DNA of 38,422 nt. Source: a virus (lineage: Duplodnaviria; Caudoviricetes). Below are positions 1-8,105 of the stretch, in pieces; positions within the stretch are counted from its first letter, which is position 1; every line of letters starts with the position of its first letter. The notes under the pieces were generated by a model, which made no database searches, had not been told where the DNA came from, and worked only from the letters and a program-made list of their open reading frames with translations. The stretch is taken from positions 1-38,422 of the IMG/VR virus record IMGVR_UViG_3300010362_000052; one strand, 5' to 3'. A program made the position numbers and the translations under genes.

Positions 1-1
1 C

Positions 2-727
2 TACTGGGCCCTGGCGGGGCTCAACGGTGGAACGGTCGGCCGCTGCCGCTACGACCAGTTCCTGGTGTCGGATAATTTCATCCCCATCCCGCCGGAGGTG
101 CTGGCCTCCGATGGTTCCCGCCGCGGATCGGCCTGGACCGAGTTCGCCGAGGCCCACCAGGGACAGATCAGCCTGCGCGAGCAGGAGTTCGCCCCGCTGG
201 CCGAGATGGTCGCCTCCGTCAAGGCGCACAAGTTCGCCGCGCGGGTGCTGTTCGAAACGCCGGGCCGCAATGAGTTGAAACTGCGCTGGAAGGATGCGGG
301 CACGGGCCTCTCTCTCCGCTGCATGATCGACGCGCCACGGCTGGCAGGCGACTGTGACGCGCCGATCATCGCGGACGTGAAGACGATGGCGAGGATGCCA
401 ACCCCCAAGCTGTTTTCGAAAATCGCCTGGGACCACGGGTACGCCCGCCAGGCCGAGTTCTACCGCGACGCCATCGCCGCTCTCACCGGCGATCGACCGC
501 CGTTTTGCTTTATCGTGGCGCTCAAGGCGCCCCCTTACACTTGCCGCGTCTTCGAACTGTCGGAGGCGTACGCCGAGGAAGCCCGCCGGCAGAATCGGCA
601 CGATCTCGAACGGTTCGCCGACGCCAAGGCCACCGACACCTGGCGGGACGATGACGGCGCGGTCCTCACCGTCGATCAGCCCGACTGGACCGCTCACACC
701 CCAAGCTGGGAGATCCCGTCTCCCTGA
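2..727 (+). CDS. PD-(D/E)XK exonuclease, RecE/exonuclease VIII (DUF3799)-like; 5'-truncated by window edge
   Basis: Frame is open from position 2 (YWALAGLNGG...). Motifs E-LKLRWKD..TG..LRCMID...IIADVKT and Y..QAEFY..A, then F.FIVALK.PPY. Directly upstream of a Bet/RecT gene. Confidence 0.85.
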   Translation, partial: YWALAGLNGGTVGRCRYDQFLVSDNFIPIPPEVLASDGSRRGSAWTEFAEAHQGQISLREQEFAPLAEMVASVKAHKFAARVLFETPGRNELKLRWKDAGTGLSLRCMIDAPRLAGDCDAPIIADVKTMARMPTPKLFSKIAWDHGYARQAEFYRDAIAALTGDRPPFCFIVALKAPPYTCRVFELSEAYAEEARRQNRHDLERFADAKATDTWRDDDGAVLTVDQPDWTAHTPSWEIPSP

Positions 728-737
728 AAGGAATGCC

Positions 738-1832
738 ATGACCACCGCCACCGCTCCCGCACCGACCGCGCCCGCCCCCGCCAAGCCGAAAGGCGTTCTC
801 ATCAAACCGTGTCGGTTGCCGTTCCCCGCAGCCGCCGAGACGTACGGAATCTCCGTCGAGAATTGGCGGGTGCTGGTCGATGCCATCTACCCCAACGCCA
901 GCAGCATGGAGTCGATCATCCTGGCCGCGGCCTACTGCCGCAACCGCAACCTCGACATCATGAAGCGCGTCGTTCACATCGTCCCCATCTACAGCAAAGC
1001 CCAGGGCTGCTACGTCGATACGGTCTGGCCGGGGATCGCCGAGATCCGGATCACCGCCCACCGCACCCACGACTACGCCGGCCACGATGAGATGGTCTTC
1101 GGTCCCGATACGACGATGCGGCTGGGGGAGGTCCTGATGACCTTCCCGGAGTATTGCCAACTCACGGTCTACCGGCTGGTGGGGGGGATGCGCTGCCCGT
1201 TCCCTGGTCCGCGGGTCCGCTGGCTGGAAACGTACGCCACGGTCAAGCGCGACAGCGAAGCGCCGAATGAAATGTGGACGAACCGCCCCTACGGGCAACT
1301 GGAGAAGTGCGCGGAAGCGGCGGCCTTGCGCGCGGCCTTCCCCGAAGAACTGGGGAATGAATACGCCGCCGAAGAGGTCGAGGGCCGAACCTTCAATATG
1401 GGTTCGATCATCGACATCGAGAAGGAGACCGTGCCGCACAAGACGGCGAGCAAGGTCCGCCGCTCCACGCTCAACGATCGGGACAAGCCGACCGAGCAGG
1501 CACCCGAGACCACCGTCCCCGATGTGCCCGAGTTCCACGACGAGCCCCTGCCGCAGCAGTTTCCCGAGACGCCGCCCGACGACGCCGGCCCTGACGAGGA
1601 ACGGCATCCCGGCGAAGATGAGCCGATGGAAGAGGCACCCGTCGGCCCCGAGCAGGCGCTCTCCCCGGTGGCGCTGGCGATCGAGGAAAAGCTCCACGAT
1701 CCCAACATCAACCGGGAAGGCAACGCGCACTGGATGCAGGAGATCAGCGCAGCCAAGCTGACGCCCGACGAACGGAAGCATCTGAACGCCATCGCGCAGG
1801 AAAACTCCCGCCGGCTGAAAGGCAAAAAATGA
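738..1832 (+). CDS. bet: Phage single-strand annealing recombinase (Bet/RecT family) with acidic Pro-rich C-terminal tail
   Basis: ATG at 738 after AAAGGA. Motifs YC..RNLDIMKR.VHIVP, GIAEIRITAHRT, MWTNRPYGQLEKCAEAAALRAAFPEELG..Y..EE. Confidence 0.9.
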   Translation: MTTATAPAPTAPAPAKPKGVLIKPCRLPFPAAAETYGISVENWRVLVDAIYPNASSMESIILAAAYCRNRNLDIMKRVVHIVPIYSKAQGCYVDTVWPGIAEIRITAHRTHDYAGHDEMVFGPDTTMRLGEVLMTFPEYCQLTVYRLVGGMRCPFPGPRVRWLETYATVKRDSEAPNEMWTNRPYGQLEKCAEAAALRAAFPEELGNEYAAEEVEGRTFNMGSIIDIEKETVPHKTASKVRRSTLNDRDKPTEQAPETTVPDVPEFHDEPLPQQFPETPPDDAGPDEERHPGEDEPMEEAPVGPEQALSPVALAIEEKLHDPNINREGNAHWMQEISAAKLTPDERKHLNAIAQENSRRLKGKK

Positions 1833-2062
1833 GCATCGACCCGTTCGCTGGCAAGCCGTGGAAGCACATCCACGATCCCGAGGAATTCGAGCCCACCGGC
1901 ATCGGCTTCGGGAGGGACAACGACGGACGCCATGCCCTGGTGTTCAAGTCGGGAGATGAGATGCTGGTTGTCCCGATCAAAAACAAAAGGATGCTCGAAA
2001 TGGTTGACCAGGCGGTCGCCAATATTCGCGCCCTGTGGGCCCAGCGGGAGGAGCGGAACTGA
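1829..2062 (+). CDS. Hypothetical phage protein (77 aa)
   Basis: ATGA overlap with bet, TGATG overlap with the next gene; protein-like composition. Confidence 0.7.
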   Translation: MSIDPFAGKPWKHIHDPEEFEPTGIGFGRDNDGRHALVFKSGDEMLVVPIKNKRMLEMVDQAVANIRALWAQREERN

Positions 2063-2565
2063 TGACCGAGCGCCGCTGCAAACTCTGCTCGAAGGCTTTT
2101 CAGCCAATCCGCGGGGTGATGGTGTACTGCTCCGCCCGCTGTCGTGTGCAGGTCAAATACCGTAAGGACCGCGAAAGGCGCGCCCCAACTCTTCGGCATT
2201 GTCAATCCCCGGAGTGCCACCACTTTTTCTTTGGATTCGGAAAGCACCGGTACTGCTCGCGCAGGTGCCAACACCGAGAGCAAGCCCGGAGAACTCATCC
2301 GTACCAACTCAAGCATTGTCGCTGCCCGGATTGCCAGAACTTTTTCGCGGGGACTCCCAGGCATCGCTACTGTTCTCCCGAGTGCCGCCGACGAATGGGG
2401 ACTGTCTTCGCTTCGACAGCACAGCGGCAGCGCAACCTGGAATCCGCGAGACGATACCGGCTTCGACGCTTTCCGCCCGTCTTTCGGGAACTGCGTCAAT
2501 TGACGACCCTCTTAAAAAATGAATTACGCATCGAGAACAACCGGCCCCGGCGGATCGACGAATGA
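2062..2565 (+). CDS. Zn-finger repeat protein (3 x CxxC/CxxxxC...YCSxxC modules), putative DNA-binding
   Basis: ATG at 2062 after GGAGGAG. Modules CKLC..YCSARC, CQSPEC..YCSRRC, CRCPDC..YCSPEC; very Arg-rich. Confidence 0.75.
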   Translation: MTERRCKLCSKAFQPIRGVMVYCSARCRVQVKYRKDRERRAPTLRHCQSPECHHFFFGFGKHRYCSRRCQHREQARRTHPYQLKHCRCPDCQNFFAGTPRHRYCSPECRRRMGTVFASTAQRQRNLESARRYRLRRFPPVFRELRQLTTLLKNELRIENNRPRRIDE

Positions 2566-3275
2566 GACTCTGGCAAACATCCACTCTGCGTAAAGCCGTG
2601 GCACAGACCGAAAACTACTGCCAGCGCTGCGGGAAGGCTTTTCGATATAAGGGGAAGGGCCCCCGATCGCTGTTCTGCTCCAGCATTTGTCACGGGAGGT
2701 GGTGGTATTACAAGAACAGGAAGCTCTCCACCGGCCATCTGCTCCATTGCCGAGACGAACACTGCCACAATTTTTTCGTGGGCCGGGCCACCCGCTGGTA
2801 CTGCTCACAAGAATGTCTGGTACGCAGCCGAAGCGCTCGATGGCGGCGCAGACACCGGGACCCCGATCGACGGACGACCTGTCGGCGTTGCTCGAAGCCC
2901 CTCACCGGGCGGCAACGAGTCTTCTGCTCAATCTTCTGTGGTGCCAAAGTGCATAATGGCCAGCGCCCGCACGCCCCGCCAGAACTGCTGCACTGCGCCC
3001 ATCCCGACTGCCAGAACTTTTTCGTTCGACGGAGCACCGCTCAGTATTGCTCTAAATTCTGCACGACCAGGGCCATGTATTTGAAAGGGCGACGGCGCTT
3101 CTTCGCGCAGTTTCCCGCCGAGGTTGTGGAAGTGTTTAAGCTGACCAGCATTCTCAGAAAGGAGCTTGGCTATGGCCTCCGGCCGAAAAAAACAAAATTC
3201 GAGTATGAACGGGACTATGAACAGCGAAATCAGAAACACCAGCGACCTGCGGAAAATCTTGACACAGACCATTGA
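2562..3275 (+). CDS. Paralogous Zn-finger repeat protein (4 modules)
   Basis: ATGA overlap. Modules CQRC..FCSSIC, CRDEHC..YCSQEC, CRRC..FCSIFC, CAHPDC..YCSKFC; C-terminal FP..V.E...LT.IL+.EL helix shared with the upstream paralogue. Confidence 0.75.
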   Translation: MRLWQTSTLRKAVAQTENYCQRCGKAFRYKGKGPRSLFCSSICHGRWWYYKNRKLSTGHLLHCRDEHCHNFFVGRATRWYCSQECLVRSRSARWRRRHRDPDRRTTCRRCSKPLTGRQRVFCSIFCGAKVHNGQRPHAPPELLHCAHPDCQNFFVRRSTAQYCSKFCTTRAMYLKGRRRFFAQFPAEVVEVFKLTSILRKELGYGLRPKKTKFEYERDYEQRNQKHQRPAENLDTDH

Positions 3276-3441
3276 AGGGGTGCGCGCGGGCACCATCCAG
3301 CCATCGGCCGCGAACTCGATCGCCGGCCTCTCCACCAAAATCCTGCAGTCGGCGCGACTGGATCTGGACTTCATGCGGTTCAACCGCGAATCCGGGAAGA
3401 AGATCGAGAACCAGACTCCCGAGCCCCTGAAACTGACATGA
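3172..3441 (+). CDS. Small helical phage protein
   Basis: AAGGAG (3159-3164) 7 nt before ATG 3172; alternative starts 3205/3217. Pattern N..DLR..L..TIEG......I....A..IA.....I..SARL.LDF recalls a widespread small phage family. Confidence 0.7.
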   Translation: MASGRKKQNSSMNGTMNSEIRNTSDLRKILTQTIEGVRAGTIQPSAANSIAGLSTKILQSARLDLDFMRFNRESGKKIENQTPEPLKLT

Positions 3442-3632
3442 CCGAGCCCCAGGAACGAATCGGCGGCTGCACCCATTGCCACGCTGACCGTGCGCACCGC
3501 CGCGGCGACCGCACGGTACGGTTTGAGTGCGGTTCGTACGTCGGGCCCCAGGGCATTGTGCAATCCCCCGAGTGCAAGCTGGCCGTCGCCTACGGCGGCT
3601 GGCAACATTACCAGGCAGCGCAGAATGTCTGA
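3438..3632 (+). CDS. Small Cys-containing hypothetical protein (64 aa)
   Basis: ATGA overlap; CxxC...FECGS...C pattern suggests a Zn ribbon. Confidence 0.6.
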   Translation: MTEPQERIGGCTHCHADRAHRRGDRTVRFECGSYVGPQGIVQSPECKLAVAYGGWQHYQAAQNV

Positions 3633-3786
3633 CGATCGAACTAAGGCGGCAGCGTATCGCCGCCACGCCCGCGAAGCGTATCGGATGGTTCGCCAGAAGG
3701 CACGGACGATTCAGCGTTTACAGCAGCAGCTTGAAGCTGCGCGGCAGGAACTGGCCGCGCAATGGAGACTGCGGCGCATCGTCTAG
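3625..3786 (+). CDS. Small basic coiled-coil hypothetical protein (53 aa, MSDDRTKAAAYRRH...)
   Basis: In-frame ATG at 3625 overlapping the previous stop; fills the gap up to the initiator gene. Confidence 0.55.
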   Translation: MSDDRTKAAAYRRHAREAYRMVRQKARTIQRLQQQLEAARQELAAQWRLRRIV

Positions 3787-3789
3787 GTC

Positions 3790-4497
3790 ATGTCTCAAAA
3801 CTGGATCAAGTGGGTCAAGGGACTCACCCGGCGAGCCGAGGTCCTGCAGATTTCCGCCCTCCTCGGGATCGCTCCTGCGCACGCCGCCGGCCTGTGCATG
3901 GTCGTCTGGGAATGGGCCGACGACAACACGACGAACGGCCGCGTAACGAATGTTACGCCGAGTTACGTTGACGTCGTGGCCGGGCACCCTGGCTTTGGTG
4001 AAGTTCTCGAAAAAGTTTCGTGGCTGCGCGAGGACGGTCGGGGGGGGATCACCTTTCCCCGCTGGGATCGGCACAACTCGGCCTCTGCCAAAAAACGCGC
4101 TCTTTCGGCCGAAAGAATGGCCCGCAAGCGCAATCGGGACTCCCAGAATGGACACCTCGAAGAGCGTAACGGCGCGCGTAACAACCGCGTAACCAGAAGA
4201 GAGTATCAGAGTGTAAGAGATAAAAACTGGTCTGTGGTTCTAAAGAACATGACTGTACCAGAGTTCAAGCAACCTCCAGCTTTGCTTGCGCGCTACCAGC
4301 AGGCTGTGAAGTGGGGCCTGGTAGACGGGTCCGAGGTGCGGGCGCATGAGTTTTTTGGTTTCGCCGCGCACGCTCTGGCCGAGGCGAAAGAGCCGGCGGC
4401 GCTCTTCGTCTGGCTGGTGAGGAAGTGGGACACGGCCATCATCACCAACGGCGATGCCGACACGGCGTCCCGGATGCTCAAGGAGGCCCGCAAGTGA
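3790..4497 (+). CDS. Phage replication initiator / replisome organizer-like protein
   Basis: N-terminal WIK......R..EV..I...LG......G.....W.WAD and FP.WDRHN..SAK.RA...ERM pattern typical of lambda O-analogous initiators; coupled (GTGA) to DnaB; internal iteron-like repeats. Confidence 0.75.
   Translation: MSQNWIKWVKGLTRRAEVLQISALLGIAPAHAAGLCMVVWEWADDNTTNGRVTNVTPSYVDVVAGHPGFGEVLEKVSWLREDGRGGITFPRWDRHNSASAKKRALSAERMARKRNRDSQNGHLEERNGARNNRVTRREYQSVRDKNWSVVLKNMTVPEFKQPPALLARYQQAVKWGLVDGSEVRAHEFFGFAAHALAEAKEPAALFVWLVRKWDTAIITNGDADTASRMLKEARK
4164..4193 (+). repeat. Three GCGTAAC direct repeats (iteron-like) followed by an A/T-richer tract; candidate replication origin
   Basis: GCGTAAC at 4164-4170, 4176-4182 and 4187-4193; the same heptamer occurs as an inverted pair at 3941-3958. 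Confidence 0.55.
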
Positions 4498-5879
4498 AGC
4501 CCTCGAAGAACGGCCACAAACCCGAACCGTCCCCGTCGCCATTGGAACCGCCCAAGGACAAGAAGGCCGAACTGGCGCTCTTGGGCTCGATCCTCCTCGA
4601 AAGCGAGCAGATCGACGAGGTGGCGCTGGTGCTGGGGCCAGATGATTTCTACTGGCAGGATCACCAGTGGATCTATGCCGCCGCCCTCGACCTGCACCAG
4701 GCCGGCAAAGCGGCCGATCCGGTCGTCGTGTTCGACGCGCTCAACGCCCGGCATCCCGGCCACCGGATCAAGGCCGAGGATCTGGTGGCGGCGATGGAAT
4801 CGGTGCCGCACGGCGGGCACGCGCGATTCTACGCCGACATCGTGCGCGACAAGTCCATGCGGCGGGTCCTCATCGCCACCGGGACCGACGTGGTGCGCGA
4901 CGGGTACGATCCGACCTTCGATGTGGACGACCTGGCGGGCATGGCCAGCGATCGGATGCTCTCAGTCCTCGAACGCTCCACACGCAGCGAGCAGACTTCG
5001 ATCCGCGATCTGCTCATCGACGCCCTCTACGAGATCGGCAACGGCAAGACGCTGGGCCTGCTCAGCGGGTACCCGGATCTGGACAAGATCACCAACGGTT
5101 TTCAGGCGGGGAACATGATCGTGGTCGGCGCCCGCCCCGGCATGGGCAAAACCTCCTGGGCCGGGAGCATTGCCCTGTCGATCGCCGGCCGCGGCCAGCC
5201 GGTGGGCTTTATCACCCTGGAGCAATCGAAGCTGGAACTGGCCGAGCGGTTCCTCTCCGCCCAGTCGGAACTGGGAATGCACCACATGCGCGGCGGCGGT
5301 CTCACCGAGCGCGAGCATGAGCGGATCGCCGAAGCGGCCAGCAGCCTGGACCGGCTGCCGATCTACCTCGATGAGGCTCATCACCCCACGCCGACCGCGC
5401 TGGAAGCCGCGGCCCGGCTGCTGGTGCGCCGGCACAAGGTCGAGATCATCCTGATCGACTACCTGCAACTGGTCTGCCCGGAGGATCGCCGGATGCCGCG
5501 CGAGCAGCAGGTGGCCGACACCAGCCGGCGGATCAAGGCCCTGGCGAAAACGCTCCGCATCCCCATCGTGGTCCTGGCCCAGCTTAACCGAGAGATCGAG
5601 AAGCGGGACCTGAAGGATCGCCGACCGCGGCTTTCGGATCTCCGCGAATCAGGTTCTCTGGAGCAGGACGCCGACGTGGTGATCTTCATCCACCGCCCCG
5701 AGTTCTACGCCTGGGAGGATCGGCCGGGCCAGGCCGAGATCGTGGTCGCCAAACATCGGAACGGCCCCCGCGGCACGGTCAAGCTGCATTTCGACAAGGC
5801 CACCATGCGGTTCACGGAACCAACACCCGAGGAACGGCTCGACCCACAAACGTTAATGGCGTTCGACGACCAAAGTTGA
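4494..5879 (+). CDS. dnaB: Replicative DNA helicase DnaB
   Basis: AGGAGG (4481-4486) then GTG 4494. Walker A GARPGMGKT, IDYLQL, LAQLNR, RPRLSDLRESGSLEQDADV, AKHRNGP; N-terminal AE.ALLGSILL domain. Confidence 0.97.
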   Translation: MKPSKNGHKPEPSPSPLEPPKDKKAELALLGSILLESEQIDEVALVLGPDDFYWQDHQWIYAAALDLHQAGKAADPVVVFDALNARHPGHRIKAEDLVAAMESVPHGGHARFYADIVRDKSMRRVLIATGTDVVRDGYDPTFDVDDLAGMASDRMLSVLERSTRSEQTSIRDLLIDALYEIGNGKTLGLLSGYPDLDKITNGFQAGNMIVVGARPGMGKTSWAGSIALSIAGRGQPVGFITLEQSKLELAERFLSAQSELGMHHMRGGGLTEREHERIAEAASSLDRLPIYLDEAHHPTPTALEAAARLLVRRHKVEIILIDYLQLVCPEDRRMPREQQVADTSRRIKALAKTLRIPIVVLAQLNREIEKRDLKDRRPRLSDLRESGSLEQDADVVIFIHRPEFYAWEDRPGQAEIVVAKHRNGPRGTVKLHFDKATMRFTEPTPEERLDPQTLMAFDDQS

Positions 5880-5916
5880 AATCCGCGGCCGGGGAGTAAC
5901 GCACCCCGCATTGTCG

Positions 5917-5951
5917 GGCTCCCTCACCGCCGATGTCACGGTGGGGGAGCC
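5917..5951 (+). promoter_or_regulatory. GC-rich RNA hairpin in the dnaB downstream intergenic region
   Basis: GGCTCCCTCACCG (5917-5929) pairs with CGGTGGGGGAGCC (5939-5951): 13 bp with one G-U. No immediate U-tract, so function is uncertain. Confidence 0.45.
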
Positions 5952-5987
5952 GCTGCGGCCTGTTTTCAAAACCGAAAGGACCCACAC

Positions 5988-6743
5988 ATGACGACCGCGA
6001 CCGCTAAAGAAAAACCTCTCGACCTGCAGGTGGATTTTTCTCCGAAGATTGCCACTGGGGACGTGAGCAGTTCCGTGGGGATCAAAGTCTCCCGCAACCG
6101 GCTTCCCGATAAGGTCGCCGTGCAGAACTTCTGCAGCAAACGGATCGACGCCCGGATCAGGCTCTCGCCGGCCAACGGCGAAGATGCGCGCCAGATGCAC
6201 GACCCCGAAGATGGCTACGCCGAACTGGAGGGGCACGCCGATAGCGGGCGCGTCTCCATTGGCCCGAGCGACATTACGTTCCGTCTGAAGTTTTCCCACG
6301 ACGAGATCGACAAGCACGTCCTGGCCGACTTCGCCAAAGGCTCCGGCACGCTCACGGTCAGGGGCGTGGAGGACATCCCCGAGCCCGACGACGACGAAGA
6401 CGACGAGGATACCTCCGAAGACGCCGCCCCTGTCGCCGGTCGCCACAAGCGGGCATTCACCGGCAAGGATGAGGGGATCGGGCTGCCGATGAAGGCGCTG
6501 TGTGATTACGGCTTTCCGGAGAAATTTGTCGAGGCGCTGATCGACGCCTGTGATGGCGACACGATCGGCCATCTGGAGATCCGCCAGCGGGATATGCCCA
6601 GTACCTGGATGAAGGACATCGAGGGTCTCGGCGGCAAAAGCCAGCCCAAGCTGGTCAACGCCTACGACGCCCTGCGTCATGCCTACCCGCAGACGCAGAA
6701 GGGCGCCGACACGCTGCCGTTCGAGAAGGGCGCGGAATCGTAG
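5988..6743 (+). CDS. Hypothetical protein with acidic linker and C-terminal HhH/RNAP alpha-CTD-like domain
   Basis: AAAGGA SD before ATG; DDDEDDED linker; C-terminal ..EAL.....TIGHL......W..DIEGLGGKS. Confidence 0.75.
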   Translation: MTTATAKEKPLDLQVDFSPKIATGDVSSSVGIKVSRNRLPDKVAVQNFCSKRIDARIRLSPANGEDARQMHDPEDGYAELEGHADSGRVSIGPSDITFRLKFSHDEIDKHVLADFAKGSGTLTVRGVEDIPEPDDDEDDEDTSEDAAPVAGRHKRAFTGKDEGIGLPMKALCDYGFPEKFVEALIDACDGDTIGHLEIRQRDMPSTWMKDIEGLGGKSQPKLVNAYDALRHAYPQTQKGADTLPFEKGAES

Positions 6744-6753
6744 GAGGTGAATC

Positions 6754-7056
6754 GTGCAATCCGTTTTTGACTTCGACGGCAAAACCTATAGCGCTGACTT
6801 CGACCGCGAACGGCTCAATGCCCAGTGCCGGCGCGTGTTCGATGTCATGAGGGATGGGTTGTGGAGGACGCTTTCCGAAATCGGAATGCTCACCGGCGAT
6901 CCCCAGGCGTCGGTGTCCGCACGCCTGCGTGATTTCAGGAAGGCGAAATTTGGAGGATTCGTCGTGGAACGACGCGCACGCGGAGATAGGGGGAAGGGAC
7001 TTTTCGAATATCGGGTTTTGGCCGGAAAGGGGAACGGCGATGGGCGAAACAACTAA
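6754..7056 (+). CDS. Winged helix-turn-helix DNA-binding protein
   Basis: AGGAGG SD then GTG; WRTLSEI...TGDPQASVSARLRDFRK HTH with a wing ending in FEYRV. Confidence 0.8.
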   Translation: MQSVFDFDGKTYSADFDRERLNAQCRRVFDVMRDGLWRTLSEIGMLTGDPQASVSARLRDFRKAKFGGFVVERRARGDRGKGLFEYRVLAGKGNGDGRNN

Positions 7057-7885
7057 GATCGAATGGACCGATCACACCTTCAACCCGTGGATCGGATGCA
7101 GTCACGTCCACACCGGCTGCACCAACTGCTACGCCGAGGCCCTGTCGAATCGGTTCGGCAAAGCCCGGTGGGGAAAGTACGGCAGCCGGGTCCAGACGAC
7201 CCGCAACTACTGGCGCCAGCCTCTCAAGTGGAACAAGGCCGCGCGCGAGGCCGGCGTCCGGCGACGGGTGTTCTGTGCATCGCTGGCGGACGTCTTCGAG
7301 GATTTCACTGGGGACGTGCATACGCCGCTCGGGCTGCACCTGGGCGGCAACCTGGACACGATCCGGGCGGCCCTGTTCTGGCTCATCGACATGACGCCCG
7401 ATCTGGACTGGCTCCTGCTCACCAAGCGCCCGGAGAACATTCACCGGATGTGGCCCGGAGGCCCGCGCCCCAACGTCTGGCTGGGGACGAGCGTGAGCGA
7501 CCAGGCGACCGCCAACAAGTTTATCCCCCCCCTGGTGGAGTGCCGGGACGTGGTGCCGGTGCTGTTCGTCTCGTACGAGCCGGCCTTGTGGCAAATCGAC
7601 TTTTCACAGTACGCGCCGGAACTGGACTGGATCATCGTCGGCGGCGAGAGCGGTCCCAACGCCAGGCCATTCGATGTGCAGTGGGCGTACAGCACGATCG
7701 TCCAATGCAAAGACGATGGCGTCGCCTGCTTCGTCAAGCAGCTTGGGGCCAACGTTGAGTTCATCGAGCGAGGCTGCGTCAGCCCACTCTATCTCGAAGA
7801 TCCCAAGGGCGGCGACCCCAGCGAATGGCCCGAGGACCTGCGCGTGCGGGAGTTCCCGATTGTGAGGCACGCCCATGCAGGCTGA
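7040..7885 (+). CDS. Phage Gp37/Gp68 family protein (DUF5131; three-Cys, radical-SAM-like)
   Basis: T.IEWTDHTFNPWIGCSHVHTGCTNCYAE, RVFCASLADVFE, LLLTKRPEN, NVWLGTSV, FVSYEP, DWIIVGGESG..ARP, FVKQLG, KGGDPSEWP..LRVREFP. Confidence 0.93.
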   Translation: MGETTKIEWTDHTFNPWIGCSHVHTGCTNCYAEALSNRFGKARWGKYGSRVQTTRNYWRQPLKWNKAAREAGVRRRVFCASLADVFEDFTGDVHTPLGLHLGGNLDTIRAALFWLIDMTPDLDWLLLTKRPENIHRMWPGGPRPNVWLGTSVSDQATANKFIPPLVECRDVVPVLFVSYEPALWQIDFSQYAPELDWIIVGGESGPNARPFDVQWAYSTIVQCKDDGVACFVKQLGANVEFIERGCVSPLYLEDPKGGDPSEWPEDLRVREFPIVRHAHAG

Positions 7886-8105
7886 GATCGACATTCTGGA
7901 AGTGATCGAGGCGCTCGACCGACGGACGACGTACCTCATCAACTCCGGCAAGCAGGCCGATGCCAACGCCGTGCGCACCAACATCAACCTGCTCATCTGG
8001 GTGCTGCGGTATGAAAAAAACCCGACGTACGCCAACACGCAGAAGTGGCTGCTGAAGATGATCGCCGACAACGATCAGGCCAAGGCACGGGAGCGAAATC
8101 AATGA
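7875..8105 (+). CDS. Hypothetical protein (76 aa)
   Basis: Overlaps both neighbours; helical, protein-like composition. Confidence 0.65.
   Translation: MQAEIDILEVIEALDRRTTYLINSGKQADANAVRTNINLLIWVLRYEKNPTYANTQKWLLKMIADNDQAKARERNQ

Noticed and set aside
651-737. Longer N-terminus for bet as given in the ORF track (similarly 4425 for dnaB, 6854 for DUF5131, 8045 for RuvC-like, 33123 and 33536 for tail genes)
   Set aside because: Downstream starts have SD sequences or stop/start coupling and match where the domains begin.
666-2107. Minus-strand ORFs of 371 and 272 aa over bet
   Set aside because: Antisense shadows of a well-supported gene.
4494-5879. Intein in DnaB (or in the SNF2 helicase)
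   Set aside because: Motif spacing is normal; no C/S...HN splice junctions or LAGLIDADG motifs seen.
5880-5987. tRNA in the structured intergenic gap
   Set aside because: No cloverleaf, T-loop GTTCRA or acceptor stem recognisable.
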